This document shows, in pieces, positions 37,391 to 50,805 of a stretch of 64,000 nt of DNA. Source of the DNA: Callorhinchus milii (taxonomy: Eukaryota); contig NW_024704742.1 of NCBI RefSeq assembly GCF_018977255.1, positions 112,966,001 to 113,030,000 on the forward strand, given 5' to 3'. A program made the position numbers and the translations under genes. Each line of letters starts with the position of its first letter. The first letter of the stretch is position 1. Under the pieces are notes generated by a model. It worked only from the letters and a program-made list of their open reading frames with translations, made no database searches and was not told the origin of the DNA.

Positions 37391-38527
37391 AACAAATTGC
37401 ATTTATGTAGCACCTTTTAGGTCGGGAGGACATCCCAATGTGCTGGACAGTCAAGGGTTTGAATCCAAGCTAGGGATTAGAATGAAGATGACAAGGGATG
37501 TTGGGGTGGGAGGATGACCAAAGGCATGGTCAATGAAGAAAGTCTTGAGCCGGGCCTTGAAAGAGGCAAGGGAGGGGGCGAGGTGGAGGGATTGTGGGAT
37601 GTAGTTCCAGAGGGTGGAGGCAGAGTGGCTAAAGGCCCACCCACCAATGGTGGGACGGGCGAGGTGGTGGACCTGAAGCAGGCCGGAGCCCGCTGAGCGG
37701 AGAGCGGGCAGGTTGGTAGGGGTTTAGGAAGTCGCACAGATAAAGGGGCACAAGGCCATGGAGGGCTTTGAAAATGAGGACCAAGATCTTGAACTGTATC
37801 CTCTGTGTGAGTGGTCTGAATTACTCCCTTGTGTGGAGGGTGCTATATAAGTGCAAGTTGTTTTTGTTGTTGTTATTGTGATAGGAAGCCAGTTCAGTTG
37901 GGCGAGGATGGGGGTGATAGGGTCGCAGAGCCTGGTGTGGGAGAGGGCATGGGCTGCAGAGTTCTGGATGATCTACAACCTATGGAGGGAGTACTTGGGG
38001 AGGCCAACAAGCAGGGAGTTTGCATAGTCGAGCCTGGATATGGGAGGGGGCAAGGCAAACAGATGGAGTTCCAGAAGGTGTGGCAGAGTTCTGAATAATC
38101 TGCAGCTTGTAGAGGAAAGAGTTGGGAAATCCAGGGAACAGATGTTAACGTAGTGAAACCTGGACATAATGGAAAGAAAGGATGAAGGTCTCGGCATCTT
38201 CAGGGAGAGGTAATAGCAGAGGCGGTGAATGTTGCAGAGGTTGGGGAAGGCATGGCATGGATGTGGGGTAGAAAGGACAATTGAGGGTTAAACGAGACAC
38301 CAAGTTTCTGTACTTGCTCAGTGAGGTGTAGTGTGCATTTACAAATAGTGAACCTGTCAGCATCTGAGTTGAGGAAGCGCGAATGGGAGCCAATCAGGAG
38401 AGCCTCGGTTTTGTTGATGTTCAGCTGTGGAAAGTTAGCTCTTATCCAGGATTTTGATGTCTGATAGACAGTCCATCAGGACAGCAGTGGTCCTGGAGAC
38501 AAAGGTGGAGGCAGAGAGATAGAGTTG
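37388..38527 (-). mobile_element. L2 3' portion carrying an antisense L2 tail, adjoining an older L2 piece (38040-38527)
   Basis: (caa)n tail and SRLDYANSLLVGLP remnant; insert at about 37811-37876. Confidence 0.85.
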
Positions 38528-38796
38528 AAAAATCTAAGCCACCAACCCCTGAAACCCATTCTGCAAAGAAATGTTAATCTACAATTAGTAAAACCTAAAA
38601 TAACTGTAGAAAACACATGAATTTCTTGAAAGCATTTTATTACAATGGGTAACCAACAGCTGGAGTGGGTTATCAGGGAAATTTAGATATTTATACACAA
38701 TTCCATGCTAGCAATACACACCATCTACACATTAATGGAATGAATACTTATCTTACTCATTCATAAACATTGATCTATGTAACAATCCCCTTTATG

Positions 38797-38938
38797 ATAC
38801 AACACAAAATATTGCAGATGCTGGAAAGCAGAAAACAAAAAACAGAAGTTGCTGGGAACACTCAGCAGGTCAGGCAGCATCTGTGGAGAAAGGAAAGTGA
38901 GTCAACGTTTTAGTCCACGACCCTTCGTCAGACCATGA
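38797..38938 (-). mobile_element. Solo Penelope pLTR with 10-bp flanking duplication
   Basis: pLTR text; cccctttatg at 38787-38796 and 38939-38948. Confidence 0.8.
38900..38935 (-). ncRNA. Decayed minimal hammerhead ribozyme
   Basis: Minus strand CTGACGA-agggtcgtggact-AAAA-cgtt-gact; GAAA mutated. Confidence 0.5.
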
Positions 38939-39171
38939 CCCCTTTATGGTAATCCTTGCATTTGCTATATTACACATAATACCGAAACAACTCGAAATTG
39001 CTGTCAAGTATAATAACTGAATATTTAGTGATATACATGCTCTCGGTAGATCCTCAGTAACCCAATTGCCTCAGTAACGTATAAAGCCATATTACTGTCT
39101 TTGATCAATTGTGCCACAAACAGTACTCATTTGGTACTACCAACTGTAGCATTAATCTATTTATGAGTTAT

Positions 39172-39549
39172 AAATAATAATAATAATCCTTGCATTTGAT
39201 ATTGTGCCTGATCACATCTTCGAGATCTCTCAAAAATCTTCACAGAATATACTGTAAAGTGAATTGACGGTATATTTTGTGGGCGAAACACGGCAGCCAA
39301 TTGTGCATAGCAGTGTCCCACAAACAGTCATGGATTGAAGTGATCAAGTTATTATTATAATTTTTGGAAGGAATTATTACCCCCGAAAAAGCAACCCGCC
39401 AGTCGACTAACAACTGGGTTCCTACTTACTGCTAAGTAAACAGAGGCGTGTGGAGCAAGGAAACTTGCTCAATGTTCAGCACTGCCAGGAATCGAACCCA
39501 GGTCTCTCACTTGTGAGGCAAGTGCTTTAATCACTGAGATAAGGACTCC
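39172..39549 (-). mobile_element. tRNA-derived Deu SINE, long subfamily
   Basis: Full architecture; a duplicated head fragment follows at 39551-39573. Confidence 0.88.
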
Positions 39550-40239
39550 ATAACCACTGAACTACATGACTCCACCTTCCAGTTACTATCATTAAATGCT
39601 CCAGTCTTTGTGATTTTGGTGCTCCTGTGATGGTGTTGGTTAGGGAGTTTCTGGAATTTGATTAAGCAACAATGAAATAATGAAGATATATGTCCACGTC
39701 AGGATAATGAATGACTTTGAGGGGAATAATTCATACTATTTGGCAAGAATAGCCATCAAATGTCTCCTTTGTTTAGTGGAGCCTGTCTACAGTTCTTGCT
39801 TCCAAAATATTCAAGGCTGCTCCAACCAAAGCCAAGACCTCCAACTATGCAGATCTCCCGTAGAGTGTCAGGTTACATGAGGAATTCAATTCCAACATGA
39901 GCCTTGAACCCATATCCTATTATTATTATTTATAATATATCCTCTACACCCAAAGACAAAAGTACTATCAACTGAGCCAAGCTGACACTTAACATCATAG
40001 ACAGAATATCAGTTAGACTAAATAGATATAATTGCCACTTACAGTCAATGCTTGAACTCCGAATCATTGCTTAATTTTCTTTCAATCGGCTCAGCTGCCC
40101 AGCCAGCTATGTAAAACACTTTAAAAAATGTCCTCCCGATTTAAAATGCACTTTATAAATTGTATTGTATTGTATCATGTTTAGTAGTAAATTCTAGCAC
40201 CAGAAATTAATACCTGATAACAAATATATACATCTTGTT

Positions 40240-42950
40240 AAGAACATAATAAGAACATAAGAATTAGGAGCAGGAGTAGGCCATTCGGTCCTTCGTGCCT
40301 GCTCCGCCGTTCTATAAGATCATGCTTGATCTTCACACCTAACTTTGATTACCTGCCCTATCCCCATATCCCCTAATCCCTCTATTTTTCAAGAATCTAT
40401 CAGTCTCAGCCTTGAAAATGTTCAAGGACTGAGCATCTACAGCCTTCTGGGGTAGTGAATTCCATAAGTTCACTACCCTCTGAGTGAAGAAATGTTTCCT
40501 CAACTCTGTTCTAAGAGGCTGACCCTTAATTTTAAGACTGTGACCCTGGTTATAGATTCTCCTACCAGGGGAAACAGTCCCTCTGTGTCTACTTTATCCA
40601 GCCCTTTAAGAATCTTATAAGTTTGAATAAGATCACCCCTAATTCTTCTCTAGAGAATACAGCCCTAGTTTATTCAGCCTATCCTCATAGGTCAGTCCCC
40701 TCATCCCAGGAACTAACCGAGTGAATCTACGCTGCACCCCCTCTCGGGCAAGTATGTCCTTTTTTAAATAAGGAGACCAAAACTGCACACAATACTCTAG
40801 GTGCGGTCTCACCAAAGCCCTATACAGTTGCAGCAAGACTTCCCTACTCTTATATTCTAAACCTTTCGAAATGAACGCTAACATGCCGTTCGCCTTCTTA
40901 GTTGCTGCTGCACCTGCAAACTAACTTTTTGGGACTGGTGTACAAGGACACCCAAATCCCTTTGAATACTAACACTATCTAACTTCTCCCCTTCCAGAAA
41001 ATAATCTGTTCTTTTATTCTTGCTACCAAGGTGAATAATTTCACACTTGCTAACATTGAATTCCATCTGCCACCTACTTGCCCACTCCCCTAGCCTATCT
41101 ATATCTTGTTGCAATCTTTTTGCATCATCCTGAGAGCTCACTCTGCTACCTAGTTTAGTATCATCCGCGAATTTAGACACATTACATTCAATGTCCTCGT
41201 CCAGATCATTGATGTAAATGGTAAATAGCTGAGGCCCAAGCACTGATCCTTGTGGCACTCCACTAGTTACATCCTGCCAATTCGAGAATGATCCGTTTAT
41301 CACTACTCTCTGCTTTCTACCCGATAGCCACTCTTCTATCCATGTTAATATTTTCCCATTAATCCCGTGGGCCTTGATCTTGAGTAACAGCCTTTTGTGT
41401 GGCACCTTGTCAAATGCCTTCCTAAAATCCAAATATACCACATCTACTGGTTCCCCCTTATCCAACCTGCTGGATACATCCTCAAAAAATTCTAAAAGGT
41501 TAGTCAAGCATGACTTCCCTTTTGTAAAGCCATGTTGACTCTGCCTAATCTTTTTATGGTCTTCCAGGTATCCCATAACTACGTCTTTTATTAAGGACTC
41601 AAGAATTTTCCCTACAACTGACGTCAAACTAACTGGTCTATAGTTTTCCCTATTTTCTCTCCCACCCTTCTTAAATAGTGGAGTTACGTTTGCAATCTTC
41701 CAATCAATGGGAACTTTTCCAGTATCCACAGACTTTTGGAAGATTATAGACATGCCATCCACTATCTCAGTAGCCACCTCCTTTAAAACTCTCGGATGCA
41801 GGCCATCCGGTCCAGGGGATTTATCGGTTTTAAGACCCGACAATTTACCTAGAACCATCTCTTTACTAATGTTAATCTCCCTAAGTTGCTCGCTAACATT
41901 GTCTTCTTGGTCCTCTATTTTTGGTATGTTTCCAGTGTCTTCTACGGTGAAGACTGTAGAAAAATACTTGTTTAATGACTCTGCCATGTCTTTGTCCCCT
42001 ATTATAATTCCTCCGGTCTCTGCCTGTAATGGACCCACATTCACCCTCGCTAGCCTTTTCCTCTTTATATATTTGTAAAAACTCTTGGAGTCTGTTTTTA
42101 TGTTCTTTGCTAGTTTGCCCTCGTAATCTATTTTCTCCCTCTTGATCAATTTTTTGGTCCTCCTCTGTTGTTCCCTAAAGTTCTCCCAATCCTCGGGTTT
42201 ACTACTCATCTTCGCTGTTTTATAGGCTTTTTCTTTTGATTTGATACTTTCCCTAACTGCTCTAGTTAGCCATGGCTGCACCACCTTTCCCATGGCATTC
42301 TTATTCCTCAAAGGAATATGTGCTCGTTGGGAATTTTGCACTATCTCCTTGAATGTCTGCCATTGCTGGTCTACCGTCAAATCTTTAAGTTTAGTCTCCC
42401 AGTTTATTCTGGCTAAATCCTCTCTCATACCAGCAAAGTTGGCTCGATTTAAATTGAAGACTTTTGCTTCAGACTTAACTACTTCCCTCTCTAACTTAAC
42501 GCTAAATTCCATCATATTATGATCGCTTTGCCCGAGAGGAGCCTTAAGTTCCAGTTTGCTGATCAGCCCTGTTTCATTACACAAAACAAGGTCTAATATG
42601 GCTTGTTCCCTGGTCGGCTCCTCAGCATATTGATCTAGAAAATTATCTCTAATACATTCTATAAACTCCTCTTCTATGTTATCTTTCCCAATTTGGTTGT
42701 CCCAGTCTATGTGCAGGTTAAAATCACCCACAATTAGTGTCTTTCCTTTGATACATGCTCCACTAATCTCTTGATTTATACCTTGAGCGATACTTTGACC
42801 ACTGTTTGGGGGTCTATAAACTACTCTCACTGTAGTTTTCTGCCCCTTGAAGTTACGTATCTCTACCCATACTGACTCTACATCTTGCTTTTCAGATTTA
42901 AAATCTTTCCTCTCTACTGTTTTTATCCCATCCTTTATTAGCAGGGCTAA
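40240..42950 (-). mobile_element. Young CR1 LINE (HER1-like), 5' truncated within the endonuclease domain
   Basis: Long ORF2, CR1 3' UTR and (aagaacat)n tail. Confidence 0.96.
40878..42950 (-). pseudogene. CR1 ORF2 (partial APE endonuclease plus reverse transcriptase)
   Basis: [60 protein letters not shown]; frame open back to 42950; frameshift near 40890 into MLAFISKG..PHLEYCVQFW. Confidence 0.95.
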
Positions 42951-43794
42951 CTAATGGTGAATGAACTCAACTGCTGATGCATTCATAAACTATATCCACA
43001 GTTGTTTTAACATTGTGGTTCCTGACTACACAGCTGGCAGCATCTCTTCAATCTAATCTCTCTATACGAAATCCAGACTTGATTTTCTATCATAACTAAT
43101 AAATCTTCAGTTAACTTTCACTCAATTGTTTGCTGAGCAATAGCTTTACCATCTCTGTGCCCCAATGCAATACAATATAAATTTACATTTGTATAGGGTC
43201 TTTCATGTTGGTAGGATGCCCCATTGCACTTAACAGTACCAGCTGGACACCTGAGATGAGGGTGAGAACTGAACGGAGTGGGAAGGAGAAAGATGACTGA
43301 AAGCGCTGTCAATTGTGGATCATGGATGATATATATAAAAGGTTGTCCAATATGTCCCTTTAAATATGTGTAAATTGGATTCAAGTCTACTGTAGCTAGA
43401 GCTTTTTCGTAACTCCTTAATATTTGCGGTGTATTATAAAAGCCATCATTCTTCTTATTGATCCTCATGAAATTTCCAGCACTTCATACCAGTTAGCACA
43501 TAAAGGAAAAATGTACTTTGAAAATAAGCTTGTGAGGATGAATGTCCACTGGAAATAATACAATATAAAACTGACAATTTTGAACATTGTGGGAACATAG
43601 AGAAAGTGATTGGAGACGTGATTTCTAATAACACCCTGACATCTGCCAATTCCCAGGTTCTGAGTCTAATCCTAAACTAGATGATTAGTCAGGCAGGTTG
43701 TAAACATATTTGTTTGATCAAGTAAGTGCATCCTATTGAAAGATGGCTGGCCAGGTTTCCTTGCTCTGTACAGTCAAAACCTAGGCAACCTCGA

Positions 43795-44505
43795 CGTCAG
43801 GTTTGACCCCCAATTATCCTTCCTCCCCCACATCCGGCCCCTCACCAGCACCACTTTCTTCCACCTCTGACACATCGCCCGTCTCCGCCAATACCTCACC
43901 CCAAAAGCCGCTGAAACCCTGGTCCATGCCTTTGTCACCCCTCGGCTGGACAATTCAAATGTTGTCCTCATCGGTTTCCCATCCACTACCATCCATAAAA
44001 TCCAGGTCATACAAAACTTGCCGCCCACATTCTTACCCGCAACAAACTCCGCTCCCCGATTACCCCATTCCTTGCCAGACTGCACTGGCTGCCTGTCCCA
44101 AAGAGGATCGACTTCAAGATCCTCACCCTTGTCTTCAAATCCCTCCACTCCTCTGCACCCCCCTACCTCTCTGACCTCCTCTCTCCTCACAACGGTGCCT
44201 GTTGCCTTTGTTCCACTGAGTCTGGCCTCCTCCTTGTCCCCCAAGTCCTCCGCTCCACCATCGGCGGCCGTGCCTTCAGCCACTATGCCCCGAGGCTCTG
44301 GAACTCACTTCCTCACATCCTTTGCCTCGCTCCTTCCCTTCCTATTTTCAGGTCTTGGCTGAAGACCTTTCTCTTCGACCGCGCCTTTGGTCATCTTTCT
44401 CCCCCTCCCCCTGGCTCGGCCCCGGGATCCGTTACTGTGAAGTGCTCTGAGACGCCGTCCGGCGTGGAGGGCGCTATATAAATCCACGTTGTTGTTGTTG
44501 TTGTT
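43795..44505 (+). mobile_element. L2 LINE 3' portion, second family
   Basis: Closely matches 18245-18792; (ttg)n tail. Confidence 0.9.
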
Positions 44506-45106
44506 CAAAAACCCATTATGGTGCAAAATGCGACATTTCATAATAGATTCAAGGTTATGAAACACCACATTTTTCATTCAGTCCTTGAAAGTCTGGCCAT
44601 GGAACGGAATAATCTCCTCCCTCCCGATACTTCAACACAATGTTCGAGGGCTGATTTATAATAGTAATAATGCTTGTATTTGATATAGTGCCTTTCACAT
44701 TGGGAGGATGTCTCAAGGTGCTTCACTGGGTTTTGCTGTAGTGTAGTACCTGTGTATTTTGTACATAATTTCAAAACACATTGCCACCATTTTTCCTTCT
44801 GCTTAAAAGGTCATGATTTCTTTTTGAATTCTGAAGTCTGCATTTGAGCGCTGCTTCAAAGACGAGTTCAGGTTCACAGAAATCATAATAAAACATTTTT
44901 AGAGTGCACTGCTCAAGCCTCAACTGGTATACTGCACACATTTCAGCCCAGACCCTAGAGGCAGCAAATGATTCCCATTGCCATTAAAGCTCTCTGAGAC
45001 ACTATACTGTATGAAAACCACTATGTAAATGTAAGTTGTTGTTAGTACAGAAATAATACTGTAAAAAGAGGGGGATTGAATTCTAACTTAACTAAAGAAT
45101 TCAGAT

Positions 45107-45470
45107 ACAACAACAACAACAAAAACTTGCACTTATATAGCACCCTCCACGCAGGATAGCATTTCAGAGCACTTAACAATGGCGGAGCCTGACTCCGAGC
45201 CATGGGAGGTGGCGTGAGCATGGTCGAAGAGGAAGGTTTTCAGGCGGGACTTGAAAAAGGGGAGAGAGGGGGCAAGGCAGAGGGATTGAGGGAGAGTGTT
45301 CCAGAGTTTCTGGACGCAGTGGCTGAAAGTGACCTACTATGGTGGGTTGGGGAGGAGGCTGGTGTCAGTCTAGCGGAAGCACTAGGTGAAGGAATGGGGA
45401 GTGAAGAAGTCGGTGAGGTAGGGAGGTACCAGAGAGTGAAGGGATTTGAACACGAGTGTGAGGATCTGAT
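45107..45470 (-). mobile_element. L2 3' fragment, decayed
   Basis: (caa)n tail; ILTLVFKSLHSLVPPYL remnant. Confidence 0.75.
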
Positions 45471-45555
45471 AAGATAAGATAATGCATCTTACTTTTAATG
45501 TTTTATTAATATAATTTCTGTCTTTAGACTTGTACTCCAGATGTCTATTCATCTT

Positions 45556-47052
45556 AACAACAGCAACAAAATTACATTTGTATAACACCTTTCACGTCAG
45601 GAGGATGTTCCAAGGCGCTGGACAATCAATGTTTTGGACCCGAAGTAAGTGTCGGGATCGGGGAGGTTAAACAGCAGGGGGGGAAGGAGGGTGACCGAAG
45701 GGTCGGTCAAAGAGGAGGGTTTTGAGATGGGTCTTGAAGGAGGCAAGGGAGGGGGTGAGGTGGAGGGACTGTGGGATGGAGTTCCAGATGGTGGGAGCAG
45801 AGTGGCTAAAGGCCCACCCACCAATGGTGGGGCAGGCGAGGTGGTAGACATGAAACAGGCCGGAGCCTGCTGAGGGGAGAGAGCAGGCAGGTTGGTAGGG
45901 GTTTATGAAGCCACAGAGGTAAAGGGGCATAAGGCCATGGCGGGCTTTGAAAATGAGGACCAGGATCTTGAACTGCATCCTCTGTGTGAGTGCTCTAAAA
46001 CGCTACCTTGTGTGGTGGGCGCTATATAAGTACAAGTTGTTGTTGTTGTGATGGGAAGTCAGTGGAGTCGGGCGAGGATGGAGGTGATAGGATTGCAGAG
46101 CCTGATGCAGGAGAGGACATGGGCTGCAGAGTTCTGGATGATCTACAACCTATGGAGGGAGGAGTTGGGAAGGCCGACAAGCAGGGAGTGTGCATAGTCA
46201 AGCCTGGATGTTATGACCGCATGTATGAAAATCTCGGGGGCCTGCGGTGTGAGACAGCGGCAGAGCCGGCCAATATTGTGGAGGTGGGGAAAGGCAGAGC
46301 AAGTCATGGCATGGACGTGGAGTAGAAGGACAGTTGAGTATCAAACAAGATGCCAAGATTCCGGACTGGCTCGGTGAAGTGAATTGTACATCCTTGGATG
46401 GTGATGGTGTCAGTGCCTGAGGTGTGGATGCACTGTCTGGAGCCACTCGGGAGGGCCTTGGTCTTGTTGACGTTCAGCTGTAGAAAGTTAGCTCTCAAGA
46501 ATTGATGTCTGACAGATATTCTGTCAGGACAGCAGTGGTCCTGGAGTCAACAGTGGATGCAGAGAGATAGAGTTGGGTGTCATCCACGTACATATGGAAA
46601 TTGAACCCATGTCTGCGGATCATGTCACCAAGAGGGAGCATATAGATATTGAAGAGGAGGGGACAAAGGACAGAGCCCTGAAGAATACCACACAAGATAG
46701 TGCAGGGGCAAGAGGAAAAGCTGTTTGTGGAGATGAAGTGGAGACTGTGTGAGCGGTAAGAACTGAACCATTCAAGGACAGAACCACGAAGGTTGAGGTG
46801 ACAGAAAAGGCGGTGGAGGAGGATAGAGTGGTCAAAGGTGTCGAAGGCAACAGAGAAGTCAAGGAGGACGAGGAGGCAGAGTGAGCCCTGGTCGCAGATT
46901 GACAGTAAGTCATTTGTCACTTTGACCATTGCTGTTTCTCTGCTGTGGGTAGCACCAAAATCCGATTGGAGGGTCTCGTGAAGGGAGTGGTGGGAGAGGA
47001 AGGAGCGAACGACTCATTTCAGGATCTTGGAAAAGAAAGGGGGTTTGGACAT
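45556..47052 (-). mobile_element. L2 RT to 3' end, carrying an antisense L2 tail
   Basis: LLDFSVAFDTFDH, QGSVLCP, YVDDTQLY; insert at about 45990-46046. Confidence 0.92.
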
Positions 47053-47229
47053 AGGGCCTTCCATCTCCAAATAATATATGGACTATTTATGATGTATTTG
47101 TATTTTAAATGTGCTGACTTGTCAACATACTTCTAAATGAATGGGCACACATGGTATTTTTCAGTGAATTGCACAGAATTAGATACGTGAATGAGCATCT
47201 TCATAAATCATTCATGGAGTTCCCTAATG

Positions 47230-47460
47230 ACCTAGTCGAATAGATGCAAACTCTTCACCTCTGAGAATTGGCTTGAAATCCAGCCTAAATGAATGGAATG
47301 AAAGTATTCCTCTGTCTGTTGGTTGTATTTGGTCCAATCTCATCTCAGTTCCTGTTTACTGCCAGTTTAGGAGACAAAACTGCCCTTAATTCAGCACAAT
47401 GTTAACATCAAATTGGCAACATACTCAAAGGGGCCACAGAGTGGCTGAAGTGTGAAATGG
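47230..47460 (+). mobile_element. Ancient LF-SINE-like fragment
   Basis: ttcacctct...aaatccagcct...gaaagt...cagttcct...acaaaac...aattggca, colinear with the LF-SINE consensus as I recall it. Confidence 0.4.
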
Positions 47461-47477
47461 AAAAAAGTTTGTCTTAG

Positions 47478-48022
47478 GCATCAGTTAGAATACTGCACCT
47501 AGTTCTGGGCACCACACTATAGGAAGGATGTTGGAAAGGGTGCAGAGGAGATTTACGAGGATGGTATCAGGAATGAGGGACCTTGATTATGAGGAAAGGC
47601 TAGAGAGGCTGGGATTATTCTCATTGGAGCAGAGAAGGTTACGAGGAGACCTAATAGAGGTCTTCAAAATCATGAGGGGATTTGATAGGTTAGAAAAGGA
47701 AAAACTGTTTCCACTAGTGTGTCGGTGACTTGAGGTCACAGATTCAAAATAGTCTCTAAAAGAAGCAGAAGGAAGGTGAGAAGAAATTTTTTCATGCAGC
47801 GAGTTGTACGAATATGGAACGCATTGCCTGAAAGGGTGGTCGAGGCCGATTCGATAACTACTTTTGAAAACGCGGTGGACGGGTATTTGAGGATGACAGG
47901 TTTGCAGGGTTATGGAGAAAGGGCTGGGGAGTGGGATTGACATTAATTGCTCTATTCAAAGAACCGGCACAAACTCGATGGGCCAAATGGCCTCTTTTTG
48001 TGCTGTACGATTCTTTGATTCT
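47478..48022 (+). mobile_element. CR1 3' portion
   Basis: LERVQRRFTRMV..LGLFSLEQRRLRGDLIEVFKI; 3' UTR gatgggccaaatggcct. Confidence 0.9.
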
Positions 48023-49169
48023 TAAACTGATGTAGAGAGGGGAATAGGAGAGGGGAGAAAGGTGAACATTTTTAAGACTCAACTGTGGTGTTGTACTTGA
48101 CCTGGAAGTGATTGACTTCGATGCCAGGAGTGATTAATTTCCCTCAATTTGATATGCACAAAATGTGCTGTTGAATACCAAATACTTTTGTCCTTTGAAT
48201 CTGATCATGATTTCAATAAGTCCTACAAAAGCATTCCTGAGATGTAAGAGAAGCAGATTCACATGCAATAGCCTGTCTAGATTTCCCTCTAATTTTACAG
48301 ATGACATTCTCCAGTTCATTTAGCATTGCAGCTATATTTATTTGATTGAAAAACTAATTTAGGCTCACTCAACCTTGAAACAAAAGCTCTTCTTCCGGAC
48401 AAACGATGACATTCTTTTGACATAATTTTCAGGAAACCTGATAAAGATCCTACCAACAAGATTCATTGGACTGTAGGAATATCTTTTTATTGCACTTTTA
48501 ATATGAGAGAAAATCTGAATATCAATATAATGTCAAGTGTTTGACTTTAAAGTGCCATATGAAAGTCATTAATCTAACGGTGTTAGCCAACCCACATCCA
48601 AAATTCCCATATTTGTTTTTTGCTGCTTTGGTCATGGCAAGTGGTGTTTCCCTCGTTTCAGTCCTGGGGCTCCTGGTTTTTCTGGTATATGGAAATAATC
48701 ATCATATAGGAATAGAGAGGAGTTCATTCAGGTTTGTTGGTGGCAGTAAGGTAGGAAGTATGATAAATTCTGATAAACAAAGCCGAAAATTTATAAATGC
48801 ATCCAAAAAAGAGAAACAATTTGAAATTATATAGTGGTCATCATGTGGGGCAGTGTCTTGGAGTGCTTTTCACATGAGGCAATGTCTTGGAGGTGCTTAA
48901 CAGTGGCAGAGCTTGAGACTGAGCTGGGGAGAGGGGGACGTGACTGTAGGCATGGTCTACAGGTGTGACCTGAAAATGGGCAAGGAGGGGACAAATGAAT
49001 GAGCAATAGGGCAGAATTATAGCAGATGGAGTGCAACTTAGCAAGGTGTCAGGTAGTACACTTTGGACCTAAACCTGACAGACAGGAACACATTCCAAAT
49101 GGAAAAGTACTAGCAGGAATGGGCATATAAACAAAGGGATTTAGGAGGTCAAGAATATAAATAGGTGAA

Positions 49170-49530
49170 ACTGAACTCATATAGTCTAGGCTGATACTTC
49201 AGTACAATGCTGGACTTTGCTGCATTGTTGCAGGTTCTGTATTTAATTAAACTGACATTCAGGCTGTCTATTCAGGTAGACATTAAAGATTCTATGCCAC
49301 TATTTGAAAAGAGAAGAGAATTTCTCCCAATGTCGTCACTACCAATGCGTCAAATAAATTTGGTCATTCACTTCATAGCCTTTTGTGGGACATTTTTGGT
49401 TCCAAATTGGCTGCTGCCTCCATCTACAAAATACACAGTCACAACATTTTATTTTATATCCAGTTAAGCACTTTGAAATATCCTCCTGATCTGAAAGGCG
49501 CTATATAAAATACAAGGATTATTGTTAATA
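49170..49530 (+). mobile_element. Older Deu SINE
   Basis: tagtctaggctgatact.cagtacaatgct, Deu core, tail ctgaaaggcgctatata. Confidence 0.7.
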
Positions 49531-50805
49531 TTATTTTATATATCAAACCAGTTCAGATACACATTCTGAAAGACTAACAATGTTGTACGGGATGTTGCAT
49601 GAAGGTATTCAGCATGCTTCTCAGCTAGAGGGATAACTCCATTCTTTAATAGCAAATATGATTGAAATCATTAAATGACTTGAGACGTATAGGAATCAAG
49701 GCCCATAGTTTACTCTTTAACTTCAGATTTTGTAATCAATCACTGACATCAATCAGGCCCTGCTGATAGATTAACAGGAAAATAACAGTTACAGCATTGT
49801 CTTGCCTAACTCCCATTTCCCAGCACTTTCAGAAGATTGTCAGTGACACTGAGCCAGATCTCCACTACCTGTGCCATTCTCATCAACCAAGCGTATGAAT
49901 CGCTTTGTCAAATTATTTTTCCCTTGCTTTCCCTCTCTCTGTCTTAATCTTTTTGCTTTCGGTCAACAACTTTAATTCTCCCTTCTTTCTCTCTGCTCAA
50001 TGAATCCTTTCAAATCTGTTTGGAGCTTGGAGACAGTCATCCTTTGTGAAAGGTGCTATAGATGTGCAAGGTTGTTGTTAAATCTCAGAAAGGTAATATA
50101 AGTAAATATGACCTTACCACGGTAACAGAATCTCCCTGTCTCTGCAATATATTTTCTGGAACATTGTATGACTAATTCTTGAGCTTCGAATTCTTTTCAA
50201 AAAACTTAAAATGAAAATTACTGGATCATTAGGACACGTTTTAAAATATATTTTTAATTCCAGAAACATAAATTATGCTTGCAAGGAATCCATCAAAAAG
50301 AAATGATTCAACAAAATCTAAATGTAAATAGCATAATTGTTTTGTTTATATCTATATGACATTTCATTCAGCTGAGCTCATTTCTTTTATATAGCAGCAA
50401 TAGAACACACAATCTGTTTTTTATTAAACCAAATTTATCCAAAGAATAAAATTGAGCTAAATTACTCATCTTCAGCAATTGCTTTCTACCTTTGAGAACT
50501 TTGTTCACATGCAGACAAAATGATAATGGAGAATTCAGACATATTAAGTCTCAAGAAATCTTAGTTGATGTCTATGCTCTGCGAGACTCCAATTAGCAAA
50601 CAACATTCAATCTGAAAACAGTAAATTCCCCAAACTGCAAACAATTAATAATGAAGATGAAGATGTGATGGCAGTGTTGCCTATGTGAAACTGCTGATGA
50701 CAGTGCATTGCTCTTAGTACTAACCAGTAACAATGCAAAAATGTGAACTGATGACATAAAAGTTTAGATAGTTGGGCATAACTAGAGCTCTGGACTGCTG
50801 GAATC

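Noticed and set aside
48541..48834. 97-aa ORF with a hydrophobic stretch
   Set aside because: TTG start, no recognisable homology, and the hydrophobicity is explained by T-rich sequence
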